Under the pieces are notes generated by a model that saw only the letters and a program-made list of their open reading frames with translations, did no database searches and was not told the DNA's origin. This document shows, piece after piece, positions 39,093-51,205 of a stretch of DNA of 64,000 bases. The first letter of the stretch is position 1; every line of letters begins with the position of its first letter. The position numbers and the translations under genes are program-made. Location of the stretch: NCBI GenBank assembly GCA_038087875.1, contig CM075989.1:7194001-7258000 (forward strand), given 5' to 3'. This DNA comes from Malacoraja senta. Its lineage: Eukaryota.

Positions 39093-39589
39093 GTTACCCT
39101 CTGGCCCAACACCACTCGGGTCCCAAGGGGGCCAGACGAGGGAGTTTCAGCCTGCATTTGTGCCATGGGAGCATATTTTATTGAGACGATTTAAAAGAGA
39201 AATTATCCCCTTGGTGTAATGTGGTTCTGGACCTGGGCAGCAATGCCAAAGTGACCTTCAACTCTCTGCATACTGTTATTAATGAAGGGCTTCTACATAC
39301 CCTCTGGGTGCCTAGCAACAGGTGCGTCTCTGTTAGTTAAGAATGTACTTGCAAGTGCAGGTTGCCTTGAATATTCCTTTGTCTGTAGTTTGGCAAGAGA
39401 TTAGAAACATTCTACTTTCAAGGCTCTAACAAAACTCAATTCTTTTGATATTCAGTGATTCAGATGTTTAATGCAACTTACAGTGGTGACTTCTGAATGC
39501 AGGCAGTTCCTGCTATAGGAGATCGGCAGCCTTTTGTTGCACCAAGTGCTACAGGTCAACTTTTGGATAACATTCATGAGATTGAACTG

Positions 39590-40070
39590 AACACTCGAGT
39601 GTTTTAGTATCATATGTACCGAAACAGAGCAATGAAATTCTTACTTGTAGCAGCACAACAGATTTGCAAATGCAGTAGATAATATAATAAACAAACGTAA
39701 AAAAGACCTTCAATAAAAATAATAATATTATGCAAAAACAAAACCATGCAACCAAGGCAGTTTGGAGTTTAGCTGGAGTTTGTATTGTTCAGAGGCCTAA
39801 TGGTCGTTGGGAAGAAGCTGCTTCTGAACCTGTATGTTACCGTTTTCAGGTTCCTATGCCACCTTCCCGATGGTAGGAATGTGGCCAGGGTGGAGTGGGT
39901 CCTTTATGACATTGGCTACCATTTTGAGATGGCGCCACTTATAGATCCCTTCAATAATGGACTGGGCCGTGGTCACCACTTTTCGTAAACTCCTTCGTTC
40001 CTGGGCATTCGAGTTGCCAAACCAGGCTGTGATGCAGCTAGTTAATATGCTCTGGACACTGCTGGTCCAG
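39590..40070 (-). mobile_element. Rex1/Babar LINE 3' fragment, degraded
   Basis: gggaagaagctgcttctgaacctg...cttcccgatgg resembles the reverse complement of the other Rex 3' ends. Confidence 0.6.
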
Positions 40071-41335
40071 TCCTTTTACACTCTTTGTGCCAGCATTAGT
40101 TCTTCCTTGTACTGCTGGGCTCAGGTCTGAAGTGTGGACACCGCAGTGAATGTAAAAGACCAACTCCCCACTGACACTGAAAACACTTAGAATTCTCTTG
40201 AATGTTTGAGAAGGTGCAGCCAACAGCTACAGTTTAGTTTAGAGATACAGCGCGGAAACCTCGCCGAATAGCAATCCCTGCACATTAACACTACCCTACA
40301 CACACTGGGACTATTTACATTTATACCAAGCCAATTATCCTACCAACCTGTACGTCTTTGGAGTGTGAGAGGAAACCAAAGATCTCGGCGAAAATCAGGC
40401 ATTTCACTATTCAGCAAAGTTCAATGAGGTCCCCCACTGTCCTTCCAAACTCCAGCAAGTACAAGCCCAGAGCCATCAATACTCATCATACGTATTTATC
40501 TGGCTAGTTTAGTTCGCTGCTGGTTAGTGGGCTTCCTCCCCTCCTCTTCACACACGAGGACGTTGAAGATGAAGAGAATGCCCTTGAATATCATGGGGAA
40601 GTGGTTGGGTTCCTCACTTGGAGATGATCATTTCTGAGGCATTTAGTTAATTACCACGTGTTCCCCTCCCATGACTGGGTGTGGTGTGGGTCTGGCTGCG
40701 TGCAGGCACGGTCTGCATTGTTCTAGTGTGCTGCAGAGATGGAAATAGAATTGAAAATTATGTAATCCTCGGCGAATGTGCCCACGTCTGATCTTGTGAT
40801 GAAAGGAAGGCCAGCAGTGAGACAGCTGAACACGGTTGGTACAGAGGACCTCCTGTGGTTTGATGACTCAGTCGTCTGGTCAGTAATTTGCTGGATTGGA
40901 GTTGATTTGCTCTTTGTGAGCAGAATGTAACCGGGCAGTTTTTTTGCGTGGTTGGGTCGATGCCAGTGTCCTGACTGCACTGTAACAGTTTGGCGGGCGC
41001 TACAGCTGTTCTGGAGCACAAGCATTCAGCGCCATAGTTGGAATGTTATCTGGTTCTGTGTAGGGAGGAACTGCAGATGCTGGTTTACATCGAAGATAGA
41101 CAAAATGCTGGAGTAACTCGGCGGGTCCGAAGAGGGGTTTCGACCTGAAAAGTCACCTATTCCTTTTCTCCAGAGATCCTGTCTGACCTGCTGAGTTACT
41201 CCAGCATTTTGCGTCTGTCTTCTTTGTTGTCTGGTACCATTGGTTTTGCTACATCTCCCTCTCCCCTCTTTATGTGGAGTACTTCAAATTGGCTTCAGTC
41301 TTGCTCTCACAGTTGTAGGAATCTCTGGAGATTCT

Positions 41336-41390
41336 CACTCTCTCTATCTCTCACTCTCTCTCTCTCTCTCTCTCTCTCTCCCCCTCTCTC
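41336..41390. repeat. (CT)n microsatellite
   Basis: Direct reading. Confidence 0.9.
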
Positions 41391-43977
41391 CTTGTGTTAT
41401 GCAGCTGAGGTGTCATTTGCTCTGTGAAGTCGCGACTGCAAACAAGCCTTGAGCCACCGTTCAGGAGGGGCTGTCTTGGAAATTTGATGCCCTACACTGC
41501 TGCTGTTACAATCCAGCATCAAGTTTCAGAATGGAAGGTCAAAGCTTGTTTGAAATTGAGACTTCAAGTTCAAGTTTATTGTCATGCGTACAAGTACATT
41601 GAGGTGCAGCTACAATGAAAATCTTGCTTGCAGCAGCATCACAGTCAGGTAGACTCAGACAGACACAAGCAAACACATTATACATCAATTACAACAATTC
41701 TAAAAGACAGACTGCAAAAAAATCCCCACAACATTCGTGTAAAATCTTCATCCAGCAAGATTGACAACCTGGATGGTTTCTTGCAAAATCCCAACCTTCA
41801 AGCAGATTTTACAGTGCAGATGCTTTGCAAGTATTTAGTTGGAGCTGCTTCATCCTGATTGTGAATGGTGCTTGTTTTTGTGTAGTATGTTTCACACCTT
41901 CTCTTCTCAAGGCATTAAGAATCAGTTTCCTGGTATCACTTTTTAAGGCAGAATTTAAGGACATTTTGAAACTGGTTGTCTATACCTATTCTGTGGCTTT
42001 TTAATGCATCCACCGTAGCACACTTGGGAAGCAGTTTCTGAAGCATTTTGGAATGTTCTTTTTGTTAGATGTTTCCATGTGTGCTTTGTTTTGTTTAATG
42101 GGATTGTGGCAGCAGATGGAAAGCAACAGCTAGGTCCAGGGTAACCCCACAGAGTGGAGCACATCTGGCCATTGGACTCTGGTGCTGGAGAAATAGCACA
42201 GCCCACAGATGTTGGTTCACTGTCTGGTGTGTGAATGCTTTGTTTGATAGTCCTCCAAAGAGCTGATTTAAAACCAAGGCCATCGCCGAGAGATTCAATT
42301 AGCTTGGTACTAGATGTTTGCTTCCCATCCAATTTATTCATTTAGATTCAGTGATCTAACCATTTTGCAAGATGGCGCTGGGACGTGGCAACTCTTTGCA
42401 AGAGGATCTACTATCAATCACAACAATCGCTCGACTCTCTTAAATCTCATCCATTTGGCTTTTTGCTCCATAAGGCTCCATTTTTGCTCCTCCTGGAGTA
42501 GAATTAGGCCATTTGGCCCATCAAGTTTACTCCGCCATTCAATCATGGCTGATCTATCTTTCTCTCTTAACCTCATTCTCCTCCCCATAACCCCTGACAC
42601 CCCCTACACCCCACACACCCCCTACTAATCAAGAATCTGTAAATCTCCACCGTTATCAATATCCATTGATTGGCCTCCACAGCCATCTGCGGCAATGAAT
42701 TCCACAAATTCACCACCTTCTGACTGAAGAAATTCCTCCTCATCTCCTTTCTGAAGGTATATCCTTTTATTCTGGGGCTGAAATAATGATTTGTTTGCCA
42801 GGGACATAACATATAGAACTTGTATATTTTAGATAATGAATTTTGTCTATCTGGCTACTGGCAAATTCAAATTGGTTTAAAAAATTTTTTGTTTGTTTTG
42901 TTTCAACGTGAGTACATTTCACTCTCAATTTTTCTCACTCATTAACAACCTTGTTAAATTAAAGGAGGGGTATTTTTTTATTGGTCTTGTTGCTTCTGTT
43001 TGACCTTGGGGAAGGAGCAAACATGTTGAGCCAGTTTATAAAATACTTTACTCACCAGCATGGCCTTAAGTGCTCGCTTATGGCAATTAAAACTGTGATG
43101 AATGAACTTTGACAGAAGTCCAACAGCAGCAGAGTAATAACTATATATTACATATTCTTCCTCCTAAAGCAGAACGTGTTAGTCTCTTCTTTGACTTTAA
43201 TCCACACATTTAAAGTGATGGGGAAATAGATGCTAGTTGGATATGTGGTGTGTGTGTGTTATCTTTGTGTAACTACTCTGGGACCTGAGGATGGTGGAAC
43301 TAAATTGATAGCACTAACTAACTGAAATAGGAATTGCAATTAAAAACAAATTGCAGAGGCACAAAACAAGGAAGAACTGACTGGAAAGATTGGTAAGGCC
43401 GCCTTTGAAATATTGTGAGCAATTTTGGGAAATATATCTGAGGAAGGATGTGCTGGCTCTGGAGAGGGTCCAGAGGAGGTTTACAAGAATGATCCCAAGA
43501 ATGAGTAGGTTAACCTATGATGAGCGTTTGTCGGCACTGGGCCTGTACTCGCTGGAGTTCCGAAGAATGAGAGGGGTTCAGCCGTGATTGAATGGCGGAG
43601 TGGACTTGATAGGCTGTATGGCCTAATACTACTCCCATTCCTTATGACCTTATGACATGATTGAAGAACAATAAAACAACTATGTTGGAAATTGAAATAA
43701 CATACTGAGAACTCCTGAAATGTTAACTGTTTCTCCACAAATGTTGCCTGATCTAGTGATTATTCCCAATGCTGCTTTTGTTTGCTCAGCAAGGAGCCAG
43801 TTTGGATTTGCTGGGCCAAATGGCCACCTATGCTGTTGCATTGCTCTGAATTCTATAAGCAATGGTATTTGTTTGTAAATTGAAGTTAAGTTTAGCTTAG
43901 AGATACAATGCAGAAACGGGCCCTTTGGCCCACCGAAGGCGCTGACCAGCGATCCCCATACACTAGCACTATTCTAC

Positions 43978-46900
43978 TAACAATGTTACAAAATTTTGAG
44001 ATTTTAAAAATCAAGTCTGTAATTTATCCCATCAGATAAAGCATTACAAGAAGTTTAATTTGACACCTAATTCACTTTGATATCTTCAGTATTAAAAAAG
44101 TTATGGCCATTTTCATACTCGGAAATTAGCATCTTGTTCCCTATTGCCTTTCCATTGACTTGTCTCAAAAGCTGTGATCGAGGACAGTCAAAAGCCCATA
44201 GCTTTCTTAAAAATTAAGAGAACTGAATGAAATTTTCAGTTATTATAGATTGAAGCATTCTGAAACAAATATAAAATAATCTTACTTGGATGACCTGAAA
44301 TTGCAGCATATAATTAGTTAGTTACTTAATTGTAGCTAATTACAAAATTGACCGATGTGACGGAAATAGTAATAAACACCCAGACTGCTTTGAAAATTCA
44401 AAAATGTGATATTCTCAAGATCAGAACTTTAATATTATTGTATTATATGCTGTAAGTCCGTAACAGATAGGTAATTAATTTACAATTTCTAGCAAAAGAC
44501 CAAATCTTTAAGGAGAAGATCAGCTGTTAGCTGGTACATTGGCATATCAAAATCAGTAGCATCATCATACTCGTCAGATTGCAACCAATAAGCAACTCTG
44601 TACACCTTGTTTTTCCTCAACTTTTCAATTTTGGCATTGTAAACTACAGGTTTTTGCTCTTCAAACCACACATGACATGCCTTTCTGCCCACTACTTTCC
44701 CATTAAGTATGTCCTGTAGATCATCACATTTGGAGTAGTCCAAATTTGGATAATCTCTGCGAATGCTGTTTAAATCAGTCTCTTTCAATTTTTTTTCTAT
44801 TTTTTTCCTCTCTTTCGTGTCCCGAGCATGCTCCTTGCCTTTCTGTCGCTTGATGATTTCTGCTCTCAATTCCTTCTGTTTTTTCTTCCGTCTGTTCCTC
44901 TGCACTCTCCCCAATTTCATTGCCTTACAGAGCACCTCCTCCCTACGATGCTCCTCGAGATTATCAAGGTAATTGACTGTTCTATTCTTGCAGGCCCGCA
45001 TCCTACATGACAAATAACACATGGTGGCATTGGGAGATTTCTGTTTCGATGAGCTAAACATCCCCATTATCTCCTCCGCATCAATGTTGTGTGATCTTGC
45101 TGATGCAGTCTCCTCCTTCAGTTTCTCAGTAACATCAAGTTCAAAGTATTTACTATATTGCCTCTCCAACACAGTGATGACAGCTTGAAGACAGCTCCTC
45201 ATCTTTGAACTGAACTGTGGATGTATTGGTAGCTCCCAAAGTTTTTTCAATGTGGCGTCAAGATGTACCTCCTCACCGAAGAAATCTTCCCTTGCCAATA
45301 TGATGTTCTCTGGATTTTCTGTGGCTTCCTTTAGAGCAGCAATCACCCCTTTAACCACTTTGATGCCATCAACATGGTTGATCTGATTCTGGCTTGAAGT
45401 GTAGAAGCGTTTCATCCAAGGCCCAGTCAGATATTTGCCAAGTAAGCCCAATATCTGAAGTTCTACTTTTGCTTCAGCCTGGGTGAAGTCATGGAGGATG
45501 GCGCTTTTCAACCCCCCACAGGATGTTCCGCTATTCAGCAGTGCAACAAAGTCATCATAATATTCTATCAGCTTGCCACTAATATGAAACAGTATGTGCA
45601 ATCTGTTGCCACGGTACCGTGGGAGGACACCTCGGGGGATGTTCCTGTCATCTAAAAATGCGACAAATCCTTTTGGGTCCCCTTTTCCGTTTTTGTATCT
45701 AAGTTTGCTCATCTGCAGTATGGCATTTACTGCTAGACAGTCTTTCCCAAATAAGAATTGTCCTCCGGATTGTTTCTGCATTTTTAGGGCTGAGCGAACT
45801 GATGTAGCAATGGAGTCAAGAGGATGCAAGTGGCAGTAGAGCTCGTTCAAATATTTACCCCACTCACTACTCACAATTCTAATAGCAGCATGATTAGCTG
45901 CACACCTGTCACTCATTGTGTTTGAAATGTTGTCGATTATCTTTTGTCTTGTATCTTGAAAATTTGTTTGCTCATTAAAATAAATGTAAGTTTTACACAA
46001 ATTGTCAATTGTTTCGCAAATATGTTGTGCATAGTCCTCAGCAGTCCCACCAGCCAATTCATCAACTGCTGCAGAGAGACAGTTGTTTGTGGTGGTGAAA
46101 TGAACACTGTTAATGTGGGTCTCTTCCTGGGTGGTTGCATCAAACCCAACAGTCAAACCGCTTGTTGCAAGGAGCATCTCTGCTGTTTGCAACTCAGCAA
46201 TAGCTCCCAATTCTCGGGCCATAACTTCAACTGCACTGCGTCGAGGAACATAATCCAGATGAAGTCCACTCCGCTTGTAGAACTGGCTTATCAGGATTGG
46301 AATGTTTGCTGTGGGAGTTTTGTTTACAATACTGTCAAACACATGCATCCTTATTGTTGAGGAGTAGGTTTTCTGGCCCACCTTTGCCTTGACAATACTG
46401 GCAGCCTGCAGATTTTCGATTGTTTCTTTGAGGACAAGATTGTCAAATTCGAGGCGTCTCACATCCTCTTCCCTGTCCTTTAAATTTTCATGAACTTTTC
46501 TGTACTGGTGAATTGAAACAGTTTTCCTCCTTTTCGTACTGCCACGAAACATCAGCAATTGTCTGTGTGCTTTTTTAAGTTTCAAAAACTCTGCCTTGGT
46601 GTTAGCAAGCACTCGTGCAGAAGTATTATCACGTAATTTGGTTTTGAGTTCCTGAATCTTTCTGTCCTTTAAATCTATTTGGTTTTGCTTTCTCTTTAAG
46701 GCTTGATTAACTATACGTTTGGGAGTTTTCAACCGTGCCCTAAGTTCACTGATCTTTGTGTGATACTTTGTTGAAAGAGCAGCCCTGGATTCGTACATAT
46801 ACTTTAGTCTTTTCGTCAATTTTTGTTTCCCTGGTGAAAGACTTAGAAATTCTCTGGTACATCTTTTTGAAACACTAGATGTCGATGGCATTGGTTCAGG

Positions 46901-48247
46901 TGAGGCAGCAGGTGTCGTTGGCATTGCTAGATTCAGTGGAGGATGCAGACTATGACTGTCATCGCCCATGTCCTCAGTGTCTTGAAATATGGGCACTTGG
47001 CTTTCGGCAGATGTCAAGGATTCAGGATCTTGAGCACCAGGCAGTGGAATGTCATCTAAAGAAATGTGTTGACTGCCTTCCGGAAGTTTAAAAGTTTCAT
47101 CACAAATTTCCATAAATACTCCAAGTTCCTTGGGATTGGTGAGTTTTTTAAACTTAAGCAAAGTCCGGTTAACGAGAGTCTTCACTTTTAACTTAACAGT
47201 AACAAATGAATAGCCTTCTGCATCCGACAAAGAGAAATGTGAACTCAGCGATTTCTCTGTTTCAGGCAGACTTTTTCCAAACGAGGTATACAAGTACAAG
47301 ATGTGTCCATTTTTAAGATCCCTCTTAGACTCAGGCATGACAGAGAACTTCTCTTCAAGTTGAACTCTAGCTATGCCTGCCTCGGCTTTTGGATTGACAA
47401 TTTTGCATTTCTTCTTTGGAGACATCTATTTACAATGTAAATTTAAAAAAAAACACTGAACATCATTAACAGAAACAAGTTATTATTTGCAGCTTTAGAA
47501 AAAAAGGTAGAAATGATAAAGTTAAATGCTAAAACAAATAGTAAATACTCAACAAGAAAATCATCAGTTTCATCTAAATTCAATTACTAGATTTAAACAT
47601 CTATCCATTTATTTAAGAATAGTTTAACATTTTTAAAAAGCTTAAGTGTCCAAATAACATTCACACAATAATTCACAATATAACATAATTTTTAAATCTA
47701 ATTTTCATGAATTTACAGGCCAAATGGAAGGAATTGAATGTTTAATACCTGTAAATTAATGGGAATTTATATCTTGCGAATGGGGATTTCTGGAACGCGA
47801 TTATTTGGAACGTTCATTTGCGGTGAATTTAACCCCGTATTGGCATGAAAAATACTGCCGTTAATTCGGGGGGAAAAATCACCGTGTCGCATGAAAAAAA
47901 GTGAATTAAAGGCCTCTTAAGCAGAACGTTTATACATTAAAATAAGGCACATTCGTTTACCTTTCCCTTGTGTGAAATCCGTCCCCGTTGTTGGCGTTGA
48001 CGCTTCAGAAGATGATTTTAAAATGATTCCAAAGCTGAACTTGTTGGGAGATTTTTTAAACAAACTACGCAAAACGGCACCCGGAACGATTCTTTCACCG
48101 AGGCTGGTACTCCAACAAAATATAATTCAGCACAAGGAAGGAGAAACCGCGTTTTAACCCCGCCCCCCCCTTAAAGGCGCCAAAATCGCGCACACGGCCA
48201 GTGGCAGAATTACAGCGCGACTGAAGGTAAGTTTTGTAACATACCTA
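43978..48247 (-). mobile_element. Full-length, potentially autonomous hAT-superfamily transposon, hATw-like (4,270 bp)
   Basis: Imperfect 16-bp TIRs TAACAATGTTACAAAA / TTTTGTAACATACCTA; 7-bp TSD ATTCTAC at 43971-43977 and 48248-48254; single intact transposase ORF. Confidence 0.85.
44489..47425 (-). CDS. DDE transposase, 978 aa, hAT/CxxH class (hATw-like)
   Basis: Uninterrupted ORF. Putative catalytic D429 (VGFDATT), D506 (MSDR), CxxH C531-H534 (YCHLH) and E784 (NIDAEEIMG); basic NLS-like MSPKKKCK; lies between TIRs. Confidence 0.85.
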   Translation of the reverse strand: MSPKKKCKIVNPKAEAGIARVQLEEKFSVMPESKRDLKNGHILYLYTSFGKSLPETEKSLSSHFSLSDAEGYSFVTVKLKVKTLVNRTLLKFKKLTNPKELGVFMEICDETFKLPEGSQHISLDDIPLPGAQDPESLTSAESQVPIFQDTEDMGDDSHSLHPPLNLAMPTTPAASPEPMPSTSSVSKRCTREFLSLSPGKQKLTKRLKYMYESRAALSTKYHTKISELRARLKTPKRIVNQALKRKQNQIDLKDRKIQELKTKLRDNTSARVLANTKAEFLKLKKAHRQLLMFRGSTKRRKTVSIHQYRKVHENLKDREEDVRRLEFDNLVLKETIENLQAASIVKAKVGQKTYSSTIRMHVFDSIVNKTPTANIPILISQFYKRSGLHLDYVPRRSAVEVMARELGAIAELQTAEMLLATSGLTVGFDATTQEETHINSVHFTTTNNCLSAAVDELAGGTAEDYAQHICETIDNLCKTYIYFNEQTNFQDTRQKIIDNISNTMSDRCAANHAAIRIVSSEWGKYLNELYCHLHPLDSIATSVRSALKMQKQSGGQFLFGKDCLAVNAILQMSKLRYKNGKGDPKGFVAFLDDRNIPRGVLPRYRGNRLHILFHISGKLIEYYDDFVALLNSGTSCGGLKSAILHDFTQAEAKVELQILGLLGKYLTGPWMKRFYTSSQNQINHVDGIKVVKGVIAALKEATENPENIILAREDFFGEEVHLDATLKKLWELPIHPQFSSKMRSCLQAVITVLERQYSKYFELDVTEKLKEETASARSHNIDAEEIMGMFSSSKQKSPNATMCYLSCRMRACKNRTVNYLDNLEEHRREEVLCKAMKLGRVQRNRRKKKQKELRAEIIKRQKGKEHARDTKERKKIEKKLKETDLNSIRRDYPNLDYSKCDDLQDILNGKVVGRKACHVWFEEQKPVVYNAKIEKLRKNKVYRVAYWLQSDEYDDATDFDMPMYQLTADLLLKDLVFC

Positions 48248-50939
48248 ATTCTACACACTTGCGGCAATTTACAAATGTTTACTGAAGCCATTTTACCTAC
48301 CAACCCGCACGTCCTCCAAGTGTGGGAGGAAACCGGAGCATCTTGGGGAAAACCCACATGGTCACGGGGAGAATGTACATATGATGTACAGACAGCACCT
48401 GTTGTCAGGATTGAACCTAGGTCTCTGGCGCTGTAAGGCAGCGACTCTACTGCTGCTCCACCATGTTGTGAATAGGTATCATGTGCTTTGTGGATGGCTC
48501 ACCTGAACCGGCTGGTCTACCGAGTTACCTGTGCTGGAACTAAGCAAATATGTGAAACTTGCTCCTGAGCTCAACAAATCATGTAGCCCCCAGGACAGGT
48601 AGAGCAACATAATTAATCCTTCATTCTGTGGCAACTCTCTCTAAGCCCCAGTTAATATAAAAGTGAGATAGTGATATAGCACAGAAAATGCACCACAAGA
48701 ATGCAACTAATATCATCAAAGACCCATACCACCCTGGCCATGCCCTCATCTCACTGTTGCTATTGGGAAGTAGGCATGGGGGCTGAGAAACAGTTACCTC
48801 CAGGTTCAAGAATAGCTTCTTCCCATCAACAATCAGGGTCTTGAACCATCCTGCACAACCTAACCACAACCTAATTTCATGGAAGTTGTATAAGATTACT
48901 CTACATTGGTCAAATCCTGATAACTAACCTAGTGACTTGCCAAATCAAATGCCCCCTTCTCTCAACCTACCTGGATCGAACAAACTATCTCTCAGTCTGA
49001 AGAAGGGTCTTGACCCAAAATGTCACATATTCCTTTTCTCTAGAGATGATGCCTGCTCTGACCTGCTCCAGCATTTTGTGTGTATCTTCTAACAAACTGT
49101 CCACGTGTACACAATCTAGATTAGTGATTCCAGTCCTTACAAATGAAATCACCACTTTTCACACTTGCCAATTCTCTCCCGACCCACATTGCTGCTTCAT
49201 GATGCAATGAACTGCTGCGTTTAAGAAATTGGGGCTGTTCCATGAATGGCACGTGTACCGAGCTGTTTCACCAATGATGAATCTCCTAACAAAATTAAAT
49301 CCACACAGATGCTCTTGCCTTTGAAATGCATCTTGGGTTGGGAACCACTGGGCCAAACTGAGCCATTGAAAGTTTTCTGTTTAGAATTGTCAAAGTAGTT
49401 TTCCCCAAACCTCATCTATTGTGATAATTTAACGTCTGTTACCGTGAATATGTGCCTGGGGCCATTACTCATTGTTTTGCTCTTTCATCGCCCATGTGTG
49501 GAGATCTGTACTAAACGCTCTTCGTTGATTTGAACCAAATCACTGTTCATAAGTTACAGGACCAGACTTGGTCCCTTCGGCCCATTAAGTCTACTCCGCC
49601 ATTCAATCGTGGCTGATCTATCTTTCCCTCTCGACCCCATTCCCTGGCCTTTTCCCCGAAGCCCCTGACACCCGTACTAATCAAGAATCACTTCCACTGA
49701 TTGTGGAACTTGGTTTACTTGAGAACAGTGGATTTTGTATTAAATGATTTTTTAAATGGGGAAATCTATCTGATTTCAAAGCCTTCTTACTTTCCATTCC
49801 TCCAGCTTTGACCCCTTATTACTCCCACCCTGGTGGCAACACCAACCATGACATTGAGCTCTGGTGTTCAACCACTAAATCCGTCCCCCTGCATTTATCT
49901 CCTCTATAAAATGGTCTGTTCAAACTGTTGGCCATCTCCATGACACATGGTTAGATACCATGCTTCATGGCCCGGTGAAATTTTTATGCTAAAGATGCCA
50001 TATTGAGGTTGAATTATAATCAAATCACTAATAATGTTAACTGAGCTTTGTGTACATTGAGTAACATTACTGATGGTTTTGTAAGGATAGGGACAGGACT
50101 GCATGTCATTTACGGGGGCAAAGTTTAAAGGAGCAAGTTTCGCTCTAATAATGCAGAGAGTGGAGGGTGCCTGGAACGCCCTGCCATGGTGGTGGAGGCA
50201 GATGCGATAGTGGCTTTTTAGGTTTGAATATAGATAAGATGAGAATAGAGGCATGTGGTTGTGTACAGGCCGATGAGATTAGCTTAGCTTGGCATCATGT
50301 TTGTCACGCATTGCCAAGTTAAACTAAATTCATCTGCCTGTACGCGATCCATATCCCTACTTTCCCAACTTATCCATATTCCTACGCTGTACTTTCTATG
50401 TTTCACAAGCAGTGTGTAATAATTAAATATAGGCATTGAGATTTAATTCTTAAAAGTTCATGAAGGTCACAGCCAAGTTGGCTTGTGTTTATTATTTTCA
50501 CATGTACTGAGGTACAGTGAAAAGCTTTGTTTTGCATGCTATCCATTCTCTGCATGCTTATTTTAATATAACTTGTTTCTTTTAACTGCACTAGTGGCAC
50601 AGCGGGTAGAGCTGCTGCCTCACAGCACCAGTGACCTGTGTTTGAACCTGACCTCAGGAGCTATCTGTGTGGAGTTTGCATGTTCTCCCTGTTTGGCATA
50701 GAGTCTCCATTGCCTTTTAGCCTAAATATTCCAAAGATTCATTACCCTTTGATGAAAAATAATTCTTTATCTCAGTCGTGAATGTGGAGCCTTTATTTTG
50801 TAACTGTGACCCCTGGTTCTAGACACCAGCCACAGGGAAATATCATCCCGGCATTTGAATTTAATTAAGCTACATCTGAATGCTGTGTCATTGACAGCCC
50901 CTTCCATATTCTAGAGAGTAGCCTGCTTCATCTCGCTTT

Positions 50940-51205
50940 AGTCTAGTTCAGAGATACAGCACGGATACAGGCCCTTCGGCCCACTGAGTCCGTGCCATCC
51001 CTGTACACTAGCACTACCCTGCACAATAGGTACAATTTACAATCTTTCTCGAAGCCAATTAACCGACAAACCTGTATGTCTTTGGAGTGTATGAGGAATC
51101 CGGAACACCCGAGGAAAACCCATGTGGTCAGGGGGAGAACGTGCAAACGTCGTACAGACAGCACCTGTAGTCTGGATTGAACCAGGGTCTCTAGCGCTTC
51201 CGTGC
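50940..51205 (-). mobile_element. HE1/V-type SINE
   Basis: Family match; further copies at ~40232-40395, 52250-52515, 54590-54895 (-) and 58160-58390 (+). Confidence 0.8.

Larger units (their letters stand above)
43890..48465 (-). mobile_element. HE1/V-type SINE split by the DNA transposon (43890-43977 plus 48248-48465)
   Basis: Removing 43978-48247 and one TSD restores the SINE sequence cactagcact-attctac-acac...caatttac. Confidence 0.85.

Noticed and set aside
44489..47425. Domesticated host gene, or an RNA-guided nuclease (Fanzor/TnpB)
   Set aside because: Intact TIRs, a TSD and insertion into a SINE indicate a mobile element. The motif order fits an RNase H-fold DDE transposase, and I see no RuvC plus zinc-finger arrangement.
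43971..48254. Dada-type targeting of small-RNA genes
   Set aside because: This element has TIRs, it sits in the SINE body rather than the tRNA-like head, and the second copy has an unrelated target.
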